Source: Escherichia coli (GTDB taxonomy: Bacteria > Pseudomonadota > Gammaproteobacteria > Enterobacterales > Enterobacteriaceae). Taken from it: a stretch of 64,000 nt of DNA. Of this stretch, positions 19,698 to 30,325 are shown in pieces. The DNA lies in assembly GCF_003334405.1 (NCBI RefSeq), contig NZ_QOWM01000001.1; one strand, 5' to 3'. The notes below the pieces were generated by a model. The model had not been told where the DNA came from. It saw nothing but the letters and a program-made list of their open reading frames with translations, and did no database searches. The first letter of the stretch is position 1. The number at the start of each line of letters is the position of its first letter. Made by a program: the position numbers and the translations under genes.

Positions 19698-22600
19698 TTA
19701 ATGGAAAATGACGTCAGGTGCGCTTAACGCCTCACTCAAATCAAACACATCAAGTTCGGCAAAAGTGACGGATTTATTGTCACGGTACACTCGAAGAGAA
19801 CGGAAGCTCATTAGCGCTTTGCTATCAACATTGTAGTGGTTAAAACCGGGTGAAAACTTAAGGACCAGCCGGTACTCACCCAGGTCATAGACAAATGCGT
19901 CCTCATAGCCTGACTCCCAGCCTTTGTATCGCATTCCCATAAGTTGCCCAACGGTAGCGGATTTACCTTCCCAGCGAGTCAGGCTGTTACTGGTTGACTC
20001 GTCAGGTGTGAGCAGCACCGTGCGGCGCGACAACTGGCGAAAAGGCGGCATAATTTCGTAATCGGCAAAAAGCTGTGCAAATTCACTGCGCATTTCTGCT
20101 GTCATTTCTAACGGGTGGGCAATGCCAATCAGAGCATCCGCAGGAAGGTCAATGGGCTCATCCTGCGCATTGCAGAACTCCCCCTCTGCGGCCACACGAA
20201 AGGCGTTGAGTAAACGACGCGGTTCATTTGCCGGATAACCCCCCCATATTAATCGCTGGGTAACCAGGCGGGTAAAGGGATGATTAACAAACAGAGAATG
20301 AAAATCTGCCAGCGACCAGCGTCGGGTGGTACGTAGGGCAGCTTCAAGACGCGGGAGCAGGTTTTTGCTCACCTGAGTAGCATCTTTTTTTAGCCCTTTT
20401 AGTCGGGCCAGTGCCTCGGGCGCTTTCAGTTGATCGTCATCGGCACGCAACCGGGGAACACTTTTCTGGCGAACGTTTTGTTGATCAAAGATAACCGGGT
20501 TGAGGTTTTCATCGAAGCGAACGGTAAACTGCCGGGGACCAAAATCAAAAATCAACGCCTGCGGATCATCAAGACCCAGTGTTGGGACTAATCTGTCCGC
20601 TAACTCTTCCTGGCTTAGCCCGCGATTTTCTGCGACCACCTGAAGAAATTCCGCTGCGTTTTCACGTAATGAAGAGGATTTCGCCCGTTGTGATACATGA
20701 TGCAGCTGTATCAGCGCCATATCATTATTCATCAAGGTAAGTATATTCAGACCAATGACAGCACGGGCAGATTTGCCTTCTTGTGGCCAGGCGAGGATCT
20801 GTGTCGTCAGATCCCGAGCCGTGCTTTCGTCACCAAAGAGACTTAACGCCAGAAATGCCCAGTTGTCTTTTGCGGGGGCACCAGCTTGTTGCCACGCAGT
20901 GAAGAGATCCCAGGCAAAAGCGGCCAGCGTTTGTGGCTGGCAAAACGTTTTCAGTTGTTCCAGCCCGCTATAAAAACGTCCCCCCTGGGTAAAGCGCAGC
21001 ATTTCGCCGATAATTTCCAGAGCGTCATCGGTAACAGGCTGATTATTAGTGATAAGTCGAGGCCTGGACCACATTGCCGGATGCCAGAAATCAGGGGCTT
21101 TTGGAATGCGTGCCGGGTAAATGTCCATTGGACCCTGTTTCAGTAATTGTTCCAGGGCAGGCCATACATCTTTACGCTGCCAACGATTGGCTACAGTTTG
21201 TAGCAATTCGCCATGCCCATGTTCGTAAAGTAAACGCAGGGCAAGTAATGCAGCTTCGCTATTATCGCTGGATTTGGTGAAGACAAGAGGGATAAGTGCA
21301 GTAGCCGTATGTTCCGGCCAATGTAAAATCCACTGGCGAGCCAGACCACGCTGCACCGCGAAACGTCGCCAGACGCGGGCAACGGGCAGGGCCAGTTCTG
21401 TTGCGCCAAAATTTAAAATTAACGGAAATGTTTCTTTTGGACGATGTGAAAAAGCCAACATCAGACCTGGTAGCGCATCCAACCCGAGGATACTAAGAAA
21501 ATAGTCCTCACCCGCGAACAGATGTTTTTTCTCATTGATACGCAGCCAGAAGGTCAAAGCCATCTCACGCGGCAACTGTGCCAATAAATACAGGTTCCAG
21601 ACACTCTTTTCCGGACGATAACGTGAGTAGTTGTCATTTTCCCATATGTTAATTAACGCTTCTATGTGACCGCTGCGGAGCGCCTGTTCTGCTAATTGTG
21701 CTTCCGGGGAGTTCCAGCCATTCAGGATCTCTTCAACCCGCCCCTGGTAGTAATGCCACTGAACAATGAGTGAATTGCGTGCAGCATCCAGTTTTCCGGG
21801 GAGTATATAATTCAGAAACAGCCATACATCATCCCCAAAACCCAGTTCCTGTAATACAACTCGCCCACTTTTTTGTTCCATGCGTTCCGCAAGAGATTCC
21901 GTGCTGAAATAACGGGCAGACTCAGTGGAGGCAAGCCTCTCTTGTTCGCCTGGTTGCCAGTAAACTTGCGGGGTTAATTCGAGCGGTGCCAAATCAAGAC
22001 GTGGAGCTGTCATTTTTTTCTTACTACGCCACGGTGGTGAAACGAGGATTTCAGGCAGATTGCTGTTATCGGTGCCATCAATAACCGGTTTGGGCGGTGC
22101 CAATAAATAACTATTCAGTACTGCCCGGGCTTGAGTACTTAACCACTGCATCACCTCTTCTGCCAGTTGTGGCTGCGATGCCATCAGCGTTTGTAACAGC
22201 GTACGCCAGTATTCATCGCGTGCTTTTTGCTGGGCAGGCAGCTTTTTGTCTTCGATGATTGGATAACCAGGGCGGGCTGGTGGTTCTTTTAACGCCAGCA
22301 GTTCTGCCAGTGCCGCGAGCGTCGCGTGGGGGAAGTTTTTACTGTATTTAGCCACACGTTGCAGGCTGGGTTTGTTTTTATCAGCCACCAGTAGCAAGGT
22401 GTGGATGACCTGCGGATGGTTAATTTGTACCAACAGACTGCCGCAATCTTCTTTATGGGCATACATCGCGAGGCGCGGAATGGCTGCCAGTCCTTGTTCG
22501 CGCAAAAGGGCGGCGCAGGCCGCGTAGCCGAAGTGGTTTTTTTGTGACATGTAGCTGGCTTCGCGATCGCTAAATACGTCCAGGCCCCAGTATCGTTCGA

Positions 22601-23330
22601 GTTTTTTTACCGCCGTATTATCAGTAGCAACGACCTTTAACCACTCCTTTGAATGGAGACTTGACCGGGAGCTTTCAAGACTGGCGAGTTCATTGGCTAT
22701 TTCAGGCTTTTCCGGGAGGATCAGCGCAATAAAAGGACGGCGAATTTTGGGTATTCCTGGCAGTGCGGCAATGAGTTTATCGGCACAACGCTGCCAGCAA
22801 CTTTCCTCTGCCAGCGACAGATGCTTACGCAAACGGAGAGCGAAATCGTTATAGGTCGCGGAGCCATAACCGTAGCCATAGTCCTCGTCCTGATACTGCA
22901 AAGTGACGACCAGTGAATCACTCTCATAACGCCGCGCAATGCACTGACGCGCCATCACTACATCCGTCGCATATTCCAGCCCCTCTTGTTGGACGATTTC
23001 GTCGAGCAACTGTTGGCTGTCATTTTGCGCGATACAGGCTAGCGCCGCCATTGTCCGGGCCGGGATTGAGGGTTTGTGTTCGCCGATCAAGTTGATGGCC
23101 TGCGTGATGGCGGACTGCCACTCCAGTAAAAAATTTTCATAACGCCAGACAATGTTTTTTTTCTTCTCAGCTTTTTGTAGCAATTCATCACCCAGTGTCT
23201 GAATGATGCTTTCAGTGATAACAGGCACTGGTTCGCCCGGCCAATTGCGATGGCTGAGTGGTGTTTTACCCTTTTTATATTTCAGTTCCAGTTGGGCGTT
23301 ATCAGCCAGCCACGGTAATTCCTTGTCCAT
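19698..23330 (-). CDS. yehI: MolR/YehI-family giant protein, DUF4132-like C-terminal region, no N-terminal WGR domain
   Basis: 1210 aa; begins at the conserved PWLAD block; C-terminal third homologous to the two upstream paralogs (FAWDLFTAW...GAPAKDNWAF...). Confidence 0.88.
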   Translation of the reverse strand: MDKELPWLADNAQLELKYKKGKTPLSHRNWPGEPVPVITESIIQTLGDELLQKAEKKKNIVWRYENFLLEWQSAITQAINLIGEHKPSIPARTMAALACIAQNDSQQLLDEIVQQEGLEYATDVVMARQCIARRYESDSLVVTLQYQDEDYGYGYGSATYNDFALRLRKHLSLAEESCWQRCADKLIAALPGIPKIRRPFIALILPEKPEIANELASLESSRSSLHSKEWLKVVATDNTAVKKLERYWGLDVFSDREASYMSQKNHFGYAACAALLREQGLAAIPRLAMYAHKEDCGSLLVQINHPQVIHTLLLVADKNKPSLQRVAKYSKNFPHATLAALAELLALKEPPARPGYPIIEDKKLPAQQKARDEYWRTLLQTLMASQPQLAEEVMQWLSTQARAVLNSYLLAPPKPVIDGTDNSNLPEILVSPPWRSKKKMTAPRLDLAPLELTPQVYWQPGEQERLASTESARYFSTESLAERMEQKSGRVVLQELGFGDDVWLFLNYILPGKLDAARNSLIVQWHYYQGRVEEILNGWNSPEAQLAEQALRSGHIEALINIWENDNYSRYRPEKSVWNLYLLAQLPREMALTFWLRINEKKHLFAGEDYFLSILGLDALPGLMLAFSHRPKETFPLILNFGATELALPVARVWRRFAVQRGLARQWILHWPEHTATALIPLVFTKSSDNSEAALLALRLLYEHGHGELLQTVANRWQRKDVWPALEQLLKQGPMDIYPARIPKAPDFWHPAMWSRPRLITNNQPVTDDALEIIGEMLRFTQGGRFYSGLEQLKTFCQPQTLAAFAWDLFTAWQQAGAPAKDNWAFLALSLFGDESTARDLTTQILAWPQEGKSARAVIGLNILTLMNNDMALIQLHHVSQRAKSSSLRENAAEFLQVVAENRGLSQEELADRLVPTLGLDDPQALIFDFGPRQFTVRFDENLNPVIFDQQNVRQKSVPRLRADDDQLKAPEALARLKGLKKDATQVSKNLLPRLEAALRTTRRWSLADFHSLFVNHPFTRLVTQRLIWGGYPANEPRRLLNAFRVAAEGEFCNAQDEPIDLPADALIGIAHPLEMTAEMRSEFAQLFADYEIMPPFRQLSRRTVLLTPDESTSNSLTRWEGKSATVGQLMGMRYKGWESGYEDAFVYDLGEYRLVLKFSPGFNHYNVDSKALMSFRSLRVYRDNKSVTFAELDVFDLSEALSAPDVIFH

Positions 23331-23339
23331 GCTCTTTCC

Positions 23340-26300
23340 TTATTCAAACAGGGCTTCAATATCGTTAATTAGCTCGCTGGCGGTGATGGCATCGAGTACG
23401 GAGAGCTGCGCTTCCTGTGTTGAATTACTCCCCCAGCCATAGCTTTCCGCTTTGCCTTCCCATAGCCACAGCTTGCTTAAGAGTTGCTCGGCACTCAGTT
23501 CGGCTGGCGACATGCCTACCGCAAAGCCTTCATCGATTTCCATGATTAACGACCAGCGGCCCAGAGGTTTGATCATCCAGCCGATCCAGCCTCCATCCTG
23601 TGGTTCGCCCTTTATCCAGCCTTTATTCGCCAGCCCCATTACCCGACCGCTCGGGCATTTTCTGCCTGCCCAGCGGGTCAGTTCGCTGGCATTGCGCTCG
23701 GTTTCTGTCAGGGCGTAACTGTTACGGTCGAGTTGGCGGAACGGCGGTAGCAGTTCGTAGTCGGCAAAAAGCTGCCCAAATGCGGCGGCATCCGTCGGTG
23801 ATATTTCCAGAACGTGAGGAATACCAACAGAGATATCGCCTTCCGGCAGGGTGAAAAGATCATCGTCAGCGGTGCTGTAGCTGTTATCTTCCGCTACCCG
23901 GAAACAGGCCAGTAGCTGGTTTTCGGCGCTATAAACGCCCCAAATCAGACGGCGGGTTAAGTGGCGAACTAGCGGATGCTCAACCAGGAAGAGCTGAAAG
24001 TTTTCCGGTGACCAGCGGCGACGCAGGCACATGGCGGATTCCAGCCTTGCTACCTGCTGGGCGGCGACGGTACGCGCATCTTTTTTCAGCAGTTTGTAGC
24101 GGTTAACAGCATCGTTCGCCTGTGATTCATCATCGCTTTTGTTTGGTTTGGGCAGGTCTTTCAGACGGCTGCCAGAAACATCACGCACAAACGGTTTTAA
24201 GGTTTCATCAAAGCTGACGGTGAACTGGCGTGAGCCGAAATCCAGCAGCAACGAACCGTTATCATCCAGACCAAGATCCGGTGCTAACCGATCTTCAAGC
24301 TCTGCCACCGTGAGTTCGCGGCTTTCGGCAATGTCGGCAATTTTTTCTTTTGCCCGCTCCTGTAATGCTTTGAATTTCAGTTTCTGGGCAATACCGTTAA
24401 GCTGCATCAGGGCGATATCACTACCGATAGCGGCGAGAATATCCAACCCAACGGTGGCGCGTTTATGCTGGGATTCACCAGGCCAGGCGCGTATTAATGG
24501 CGTCAGTTTGCGGGCGGTGTCATCGTTACCAAGAACGCCTAACGCAGTGAACGCCCAACTCTCTTTCGACGGTGCGCCCGCAGTCAGCCAGGCGGTAAAC
24601 AGATCCCAGGCAAATTCAGCCAGTGAGTCGGCGGTACAGGCATCTTTCACCTGCAATAATCCCGGATACAGGGCCTCTTCCTGAGGGAAGCGGAGCATTT
24701 CACCGAGGTGGAGGAGGGCGTTATCTGGCAGTACCTTGCTGCTATTTTTGAGTTTTGGGCGAGTCCATAATGGAGGTTGATAAAACAACGGTAAAGGGGG
24801 GATTTTCGCCGGGTATTTACCCACAGGACTGTTGTCGTTATTTTTATTTTGAGTTTCCCAGGGCGGCGAGACTAGTACCATTGGTAGAATTTCTGAGTTT
24901 GCAAAATCTTCATTGCGACTATTCAGCAATTGCTGACATTGTTGCAATAAATTTGCCGCTTGCGACGATAATCCGATGACTAATTTTTCGACCAATAAAG
25001 GATTTGCATTAAGTAATGAAACCAGCAACGTATGTTTGCGTTTATCATCTTTTTTTACCAATGCTTCGGCTAATGCCGCTATCGTGGCAGAAGGAAAATT
25101 TTCGGCACTTTTTATTAGTCGTTCATAACAGCGTTTATTAGTATCGGCGGCTTCGATGAGTGCCGTAATGGCCAACGGATGATTAATACATTTCAGTACG
25201 TCACCGCAATTATCTTCTTCAGCATAGGAAGCCAGGCGAGCCAGTGCCGCTATACCTTGTTCCCGTAATACCGTAGCTGACCAACTGGCACCATAGGTGT
25301 TAAATACATCAATGTATTGATAGTTCTCCAGTATTTCGAGCGTGAATGGATCTGTCGCTACCAGTTTCAACATTTCAAGTTGTGGAACATCTGCGACCTG
25401 GTGTAAACGATGTACGATCTCATGGGCCACTTCGGGTATTTCTGGCATTAAAATGGCAATTAACGGTTGGCGATAGAGTGATATATCTGGTAACGCAACG
25501 AGTAATTTTGCAATGCAATTTTGCCATACTTCTTCTTCTGCTAGTGATAAATGTTTACGCAGACGTAAACTAAATTTGTCGTTATTCCTTCTATAACTGT
25601 CCTTGCTGCTATCTGCATAATTAATAAAGAAAGTCAAATGTTCATCTTTATAGTCAAAATCGAAATCAATTTGCCACCAGAAGATGACAGTTTCAGTTGC
25701 GTATTCGATACCGAAGGTGCTTACAATTTCATCCAGCAACTCGGATGAGGTTTCATCATTCCAGCCCTGACAAAAACATATTTCCAGAAAAGTAAGTACC
25801 GCCATAGTACGCGCGGGTATCTCAGTCTTTTGGGCCTTAATTAAGCTGATTGCCTGGCTAATCGCATCAGCCCATTCATCAGAGCATGAGCTGTAATCGA
25901 AAGTCAGATTTTTATAATAATGATAAGTACGATTTGCCAATCGGGAAATTAAATTTTGTTTCTCGGGTTTGGTTGGTTTTTTTACTGGCTCTCCCGGCCA
26001 AAGGCGGTGGCTGAGGGCATGGCGGGCAATATTCGGGGGAAGAATAATGGGATCGTTGTCTGCCAGCCAGGGTAAACCATTAGTTGCTGCCTGGTGATTT
26101 ATTGAGGCTTTTTCCTCTGTGACTAGGACTTTCTTTGCTGAGGCATCATGTGAGTGAGCGTTAGCGTCTACTTGCTCCACATACCCCTTCTTCACCTTCT
26201 CCGCAATCAGCTTCAGTTCCGCTTTTTCTGCCGCCGCAGCATCAGCAAAGCTTTTTACCTGACTTTGCCCGTTAGTGCCGACTTTGCCCCAGTTGATATG

Positions 26301-26372
26301 CAGCTCGTTTCTCTGCTGCTCCACCGCCCAGAATTTATGTGATTTTTCGTCCTGATAAATATAGGTTTTCAT
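23340..26372 (-). CDS. MolR-family paralog with N-terminal WGR domain and DUF4132-like C-terminal region (1010 aa)
   Basis: N-terminus MKTYIYQDEKSHKFWAVEQQRNELHINWGKVGTNGQSQ (WGR-type) is 60/66 identical to the upstream paralog; AAGGA SD in the 12-nt gap to the upstream gene. Confidence 0.85.
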   Translation of the reverse strand: MKTYIYQDEKSHKFWAVEQQRNELHINWGKVGTNGQSQVKSFADAAAAEKAELKLIAEKVKKGYVEQVDANAHSHDASAKKVLVTEEKASINHQAATNGLPWLADNDPIILPPNIARHALSHRLWPGEPVKKPTKPEKQNLISRLANRTYHYYKNLTFDYSSCSDEWADAISQAISLIKAQKTEIPARTMAVLTFLEICFCQGWNDETSSELLDEIVSTFGIEYATETVIFWWQIDFDFDYKDEHLTFFINYADSSKDSYRRNNDKFSLRLRKHLSLAEEEVWQNCIAKLLVALPDISLYRQPLIAILMPEIPEVAHEIVHRLHQVADVPQLEMLKLVATDPFTLEILENYQYIDVFNTYGASWSATVLREQGIAALARLASYAEEDNCGDVLKCINHPLAITALIEAADTNKRCYERLIKSAENFPSATIAALAEALVKKDDKRKHTLLVSLLNANPLLVEKLVIGLSSQAANLLQQCQQLLNSRNEDFANSEILPMVLVSPPWETQNKNNDNSPVGKYPAKIPPLPLFYQPPLWTRPKLKNSSKVLPDNALLHLGEMLRFPQEEALYPGLLQVKDACTADSLAEFAWDLFTAWLTAGAPSKESWAFTALGVLGNDDTARKLTPLIRAWPGESQHKRATVGLDILAAIGSDIALMQLNGIAQKLKFKALQERAKEKIADIAESRELTVAELEDRLAPDLGLDDNGSLLLDFGSRQFTVSFDETLKPFVRDVSGSRLKDLPKPNKSDDESQANDAVNRYKLLKKDARTVAAQQVARLESAMCLRRRWSPENFQLFLVEHPLVRHLTRRLIWGVYSAENQLLACFRVAEDNSYSTADDDLFTLPEGDISVGIPHVLEISPTDAAAFGQLFADYELLPPFRQLDRNSYALTETERNASELTRWAGRKCPSGRVMGLANKGWIKGEPQDGGWIGWMIKPLGRWSLIMEIDEGFAVGMSPAELSAEQLLSKLWLWEGKAESYGWGSNSTQEAQLSVLDAITASELINDIEALFE

Positions 26373-26384
26373 TGTTAAATCCTT

Positions 26385-29300
26385 TTAATCAAACAGTGAT
26401 TCAATGTCGTTAATCAGCTCGCTGGCGGTGATGTCGTCGAGCACGGAGAAAGTGGGTGAGGATTGTTTACCATAGCGATCATAAGGGGCGGTGATTTTTA
26501 CGCTTTCGACAGGCAGCAGGTCGCTATACCCCGTTTCGCCATAAATTAATGAAAAAGGTTCTGTTTCAAGTTCGAGAGCACCATAAGGGGTAGATTTGCG
26601 CATCGCATAGACGCTGCCGCTTTCTTCCAGACGTTGCCAGCCTCTGCGTTCCAGCCCGACAATGCGTCCGGCCTGGCAGAGACGTCCGTCCCAGCGTGAC
26701 AATTCATGGACATTACGTTCGTTATCAGCAAGGTGGTAACTACCACGTTCGAGCTGTTGGAAAGGGGGAAGCAGTTCGTAATCAACGTAAATTTGCCTGA
26801 ATGCAGCGGCGGATTCAGGGGGGATTTCCAGCACATGCGGTATACCGATGTTTCCTGCTGGCAGCGTGAATAACTCATCCTGCGCATCGCTGTAAGTGCT
26901 GTCTTCTGCCACGCGAAAACAGGTGATAAGGGCGTTTTCATCGTTATAAACCCCCCATAACAGCCGTCGGGTTAAGTGACGTACCAGCGGATGCTCCACC
27001 AGAAACAGGCGGAACTGCTCTGCCGTCCAGCGTCTGCGCTGGCACATAGCCTGTTCCAGACGATCAATCTGCTGGCTGGCTATGGCGCGTACATCTTTTT
27101 TCAACTGTTTGAAGAGATTAACCGCGTCAGTTGCCTGAGTTTTTTCATCGCTCTGGTTTGGTTTGGGCAAATCTTTCAGGACTTTGCCGTTTGCGTCGCG
27201 CACTACAGGTTTTAAAGTTTCGTCAAAACCAACGGTAAATTGACGTGGGCCGAAATCCAGTGTCAGCGAGCCACTGCTATCAAGCCCTAAATCCGGTGCC
27301 AGGCGATCTTCCAGTTCGGCCATTGTCAGTCCGCGATTTTCGGCGACCATATTGATTCTGTCGCTGGCATGTTCCTGTAATGCAACGAATTTAATCTTTT
27401 GCGCAATGCCATTAAGCAACATAAGCGCAATGTCGCTACCGATACTGGCTAACACATCCAGCCCGTAAACCGCGCGTTTATGCTGGGATTCACCCGGCCA
27501 GGCGCGGATGAGCGGGGTTAGTTTACGCGCGGTGTCGTCATTGCCTAGAATCCCCAGCGAGGTAAATGCCCAGTTCTCTTTTGCGGGTGCGCCTGCTTCT
27601 GTCCATGCCGTGTAGAGATCCCAGCCAAAGTCAGCCAGTGATTCGCGGGTGAAGGTCTCTTTGATGATCGCCAGCCCAGCGTAGGAGGTAATGTCGCGTG
27701 GAAAGCTCAACATTGTGCCGAGGTGGCGCATAGCGTCATCTGGCAGAGGCAGGTTGTTACTTTTAAGCCGAGGTCTGCGCCATAAGGGGAACTGATAAAA
27801 GCCGGGCAGTGGGGCGATTTTTGCAGGATATTCTTCCAGTGGGTCGCTATCAAATAATGTTGCCAGCGCAGCTAAAACATCAGGTTGATTATATCCTTGG
27901 GCGATTTCCTCAATCGTTTCTCGCTGGTTTAATTTCACTAGCAGGAGGAGTGCCTGGCGGGCATATTCCCGATTTTGGCACGGTTTGCCCAGCGCCAAAG
28001 GCAGTAGCCCGGCGGCGGCATGGCGCGGGTTATTTGCCAGCCAATTAACGGCATCCTTGTAAGCTATTTTTTTCTGTAACCGCTGCGCCATTGGTAAGGC
28101 TAGTTCACTGGCTCCAATAAAAAGGGTGAATATCCACAGGCGTTGATGATCTCGTTGCAAGCAGGTCATAAACGCAGGAATGGCCGTACTACCAAAAACC
28201 GCCAGAATCTCTTTCTCACCTGAATATCGCTCCTCAATGATTATTTGGTTGAGAAATGAGATCGCCTGTTGTCCCGGTAAGTAACAAAGCGCAGATAGAT
28301 TCCAGCTTTTGTTGGCATTGTTGTGATATTTCGCAAACTCAGCTTTTAGTGCTGAAAAATCAAAGCGCAACAAGGCATCAACAGCGCTTTGCGGTATATA
28401 TTTTTTTTCATGTAAGTCATTTTCGCAATGCAGCCATTCATTAAAACCTAATTGCCAAAGAATTTGTTGTTCTGGTGTAAAAGGAATGAAAGATGTCTCC
28501 CAGCTTTCTTTTTCAATTAGTGGCAGATCGGTAAATAAGGTTTGCTGTGATGCCTGATATTGCGCAATTTCACTGAATCTGGATATGTCAGTATGACTGA
28601 TTAACTCTGTAATTCCTGGTGTGATATCCGTGACGGCAGGAATGGGAAGTACCGGTAAATCAAATACGGGTATGACATTCTTTTTCTTATTTATTACCCA
28701 CGGTGGAGCGACAAGCAGCTCCGGCAACATATCCACAGTGGCATATTCACATTCTTCAGCTACTGGCAGCGGACGACATTCAGATAAGATGCCTGCCGCC
28801 TTAGCATTAACCCAGGGAATGACCTCGCATACTAACTCTGGCGTGGCGGTAATCAGTTTGACAAGCGCTTTACGCCACTCATTATTTTCATGTATTGCCA
28901 GCAAAGTAGCATAAGCGGCAATAGCCGCAGCGGGATGTTTTTGGCAGGCTTTGCTTAAGTATTCCAGGTGCTTTTTCTTGCCATTTACACCGAGGATCAG
29001 AATTTGAATCGCATCCGGGTGATTCGTTTTCCATAGCCATTTGACAAGATCTTCAGCATTGGCGTGTATGTGAGTGAAAAGGTCCGTGTATTTTACGGGA
29101 TAGTCGACAGGTAGCTTGAGAAGAATCCGGCTTACACCACGCATTCCATTATTTGCCAGCAACGTAGCCAGATATTTGCGGAAATCATTATATAGCGGTG
29201 GGAAACCATATTTTTCCTGGATGGCCAGGGCAACATCATCGCTTACCATCATACTTAACCAGGTCATCGCCGGAACGTTTTGGTCTGCATAACGTAGCGC

Positions 29301-30185
29301 CATAGCATTGGCAATATCCGGGCATTCGGGGAGCAGTAACGCCGCAAAAGGTTGCCGTGCTGGGGATAGCGTCGGAATGGCGGCGAGTACTTTATCTACA
29401 CAGCGTTGCCACTCATCTTCTGAAGCGAGTGAAAGATGATGACATAGACGTTGATGCCAACTCGGCAGCGATTCTGCTTTGTGATTAGGTGGAATGATGG
29501 TGGTTACTGCGCCTTTTACTGGTTTATATCTAAGTTGAAGAGCGAGAAGGGCAATTTCAACGGCACTTTCCAGACCACAGCGAATGACTAAGTCATCGAC
29601 CAGTTCATCTGCAGAGTAAGAGTTCCAGAAACTCCAGAGCAATGCTGCATCAGATTGTGCACTCCCTGTCTGTTGATTACCCTGAACTCGCATTTGTAAC
29701 TCAGCAAAAGCCTGCTGCCAGTTTTCTGGATAAGAACGGTAATTGTTGGCGGGATCATATGCCCTGGTGTTATTCGCGATGAGCTGCCATATTTGACCAT
29801 CTTTGTGCAGATAATTGATCTCTCTGGGGCGAGAGCGATGAGGAAAAGCAAATCGATTAATATCGTCAGTTAGCCGAATGACCGCATCATCAGCCAGCCA
29901 GGGGCGTTGGTTTTTACTCTCAGGGGAAGTTTCAACTTCAGGAGTGGCTTTGGTAATGGGGGGGATATGCACGTTTGCTGAAGCATTTTCCACATAGCCT
30001 TTTTTCGTTTTCTCTGCGATCAGCTTAAGCTCCGCTTTTGCCGCTGCCGCAGCATCCGCAAAACTTTTTATCTGGCTTTGCCCGTTAGTGCCGACTTTGC
30101 CCCAGTTGATATGCAGCTCGTTTCCCTGCTGCTCAACCGCCCAGAATTTATGTGATTTTTCGTCCTGATAGATAAAGTGTCTCAT
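26385..30185 (-). CDS. molR: MolR-like protein, intact (1266 aa): WGR domain plus DUF4132-like C-terminal region
   Basis: N-terminal WGR block MRHFIYQDEKSHKFWAVEQQGNELHINWGKVGTNGQSQ; size matches my recollection of intact MolR, which is fragmented in K-12. Symbol tentative. Confidence 0.8.
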   Translation of the reverse strand: MRHFIYQDEKSHKFWAVEQQGNELHINWGKVGTNGQSQIKSFADAAAAAKAELKLIAEKTKKGYVENASANVHIPPITKATPEVETSPESKNQRPWLADDAVIRLTDDINRFAFPHRSRPREINYLHKDGQIWQLIANNTRAYDPANNYRSYPENWQQAFAELQMRVQGNQQTGSAQSDAALLWSFWNSYSADELVDDLVIRCGLESAVEIALLALQLRYKPVKGAVTTIIPPNHKAESLPSWHQRLCHHLSLASEDEWQRCVDKVLAAIPTLSPARQPFAALLLPECPDIANAMALRYADQNVPAMTWLSMMVSDDVALAIQEKYGFPPLYNDFRKYLATLLANNGMRGVSRILLKLPVDYPVKYTDLFTHIHANAEDLVKWLWKTNHPDAIQILILGVNGKKKHLEYLSKACQKHPAAAIAAYATLLAIHENNEWRKALVKLITATPELVCEVIPWVNAKAAGILSECRPLPVAEECEYATVDMLPELLVAPPWVINKKKNVIPVFDLPVLPIPAVTDITPGITELISHTDISRFSEIAQYQASQQTLFTDLPLIEKESWETSFIPFTPEQQILWQLGFNEWLHCENDLHEKKYIPQSAVDALLRFDFSALKAEFAKYHNNANKSWNLSALCYLPGQQAISFLNQIIIEERYSGEKEILAVFGSTAIPAFMTCLQRDHQRLWIFTLFIGASELALPMAQRLQKKIAYKDAVNWLANNPRHAAAGLLPLALGKPCQNREYARQALLLLVKLNQRETIEEIAQGYNQPDVLAALATLFDSDPLEEYPAKIAPLPGFYQFPLWRRPRLKSNNLPLPDDAMRHLGTMLSFPRDITSYAGLAIIKETFTRESLADFGWDLYTAWTEAGAPAKENWAFTSLGILGNDDTARKLTPLIRAWPGESQHKRAVYGLDVLASIGSDIALMLLNGIAQKIKFVALQEHASDRINMVAENRGLTMAELEDRLAPDLGLDSSGSLTLDFGPRQFTVGFDETLKPVVRDANGKVLKDLPKPNQSDEKTQATDAVNLFKQLKKDVRAIASQQIDRLEQAMCQRRRWTAEQFRLFLVEHPLVRHLTRRLLWGVYNDENALITCFRVAEDSTYSDAQDELFTLPAGNIGIPHVLEIPPESAAAFRQIYVDYELLPPFQQLERGSYHLADNERNVHELSRWDGRLCQAGRIVGLERRGWQRLEESGSVYAMRKSTPYGALELETEPFSLIYGETGYSDLLPVESVKITAPYDRYGKQSSPTFSVLDDITASELINDIESLFD

Positions 30186-30284
30186 TCTGTATCCCTGTAA
30201 TTTTATCCAGTTGAATGCAGATGCTACCAGTATTTATGCGGGTTAGAGAGAGACAAAATCGTAAGAAAACAACTTTAGGAATTT

Positions 30285-30314
30285 ATAAAGAAAAGGCGCT
30301 GTCGATGCAGCGCC
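30285..30314 (-). terminator. intrinsic terminator downstream of metG
   Basis: GGCGCTG / CAGCGCC stem with U-rich tail on the minus strand just after the metG stop. Confidence 0.5.
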
Positions 30315-30325
30315 TTGAAGGGGGA

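Noticed and set aside
24139-24684. 181-aa plus-strand ORF
   Set aside because: Antisense within the 1010-aa MolR-family gene; Ser/Arg-rich low-complexity translation.
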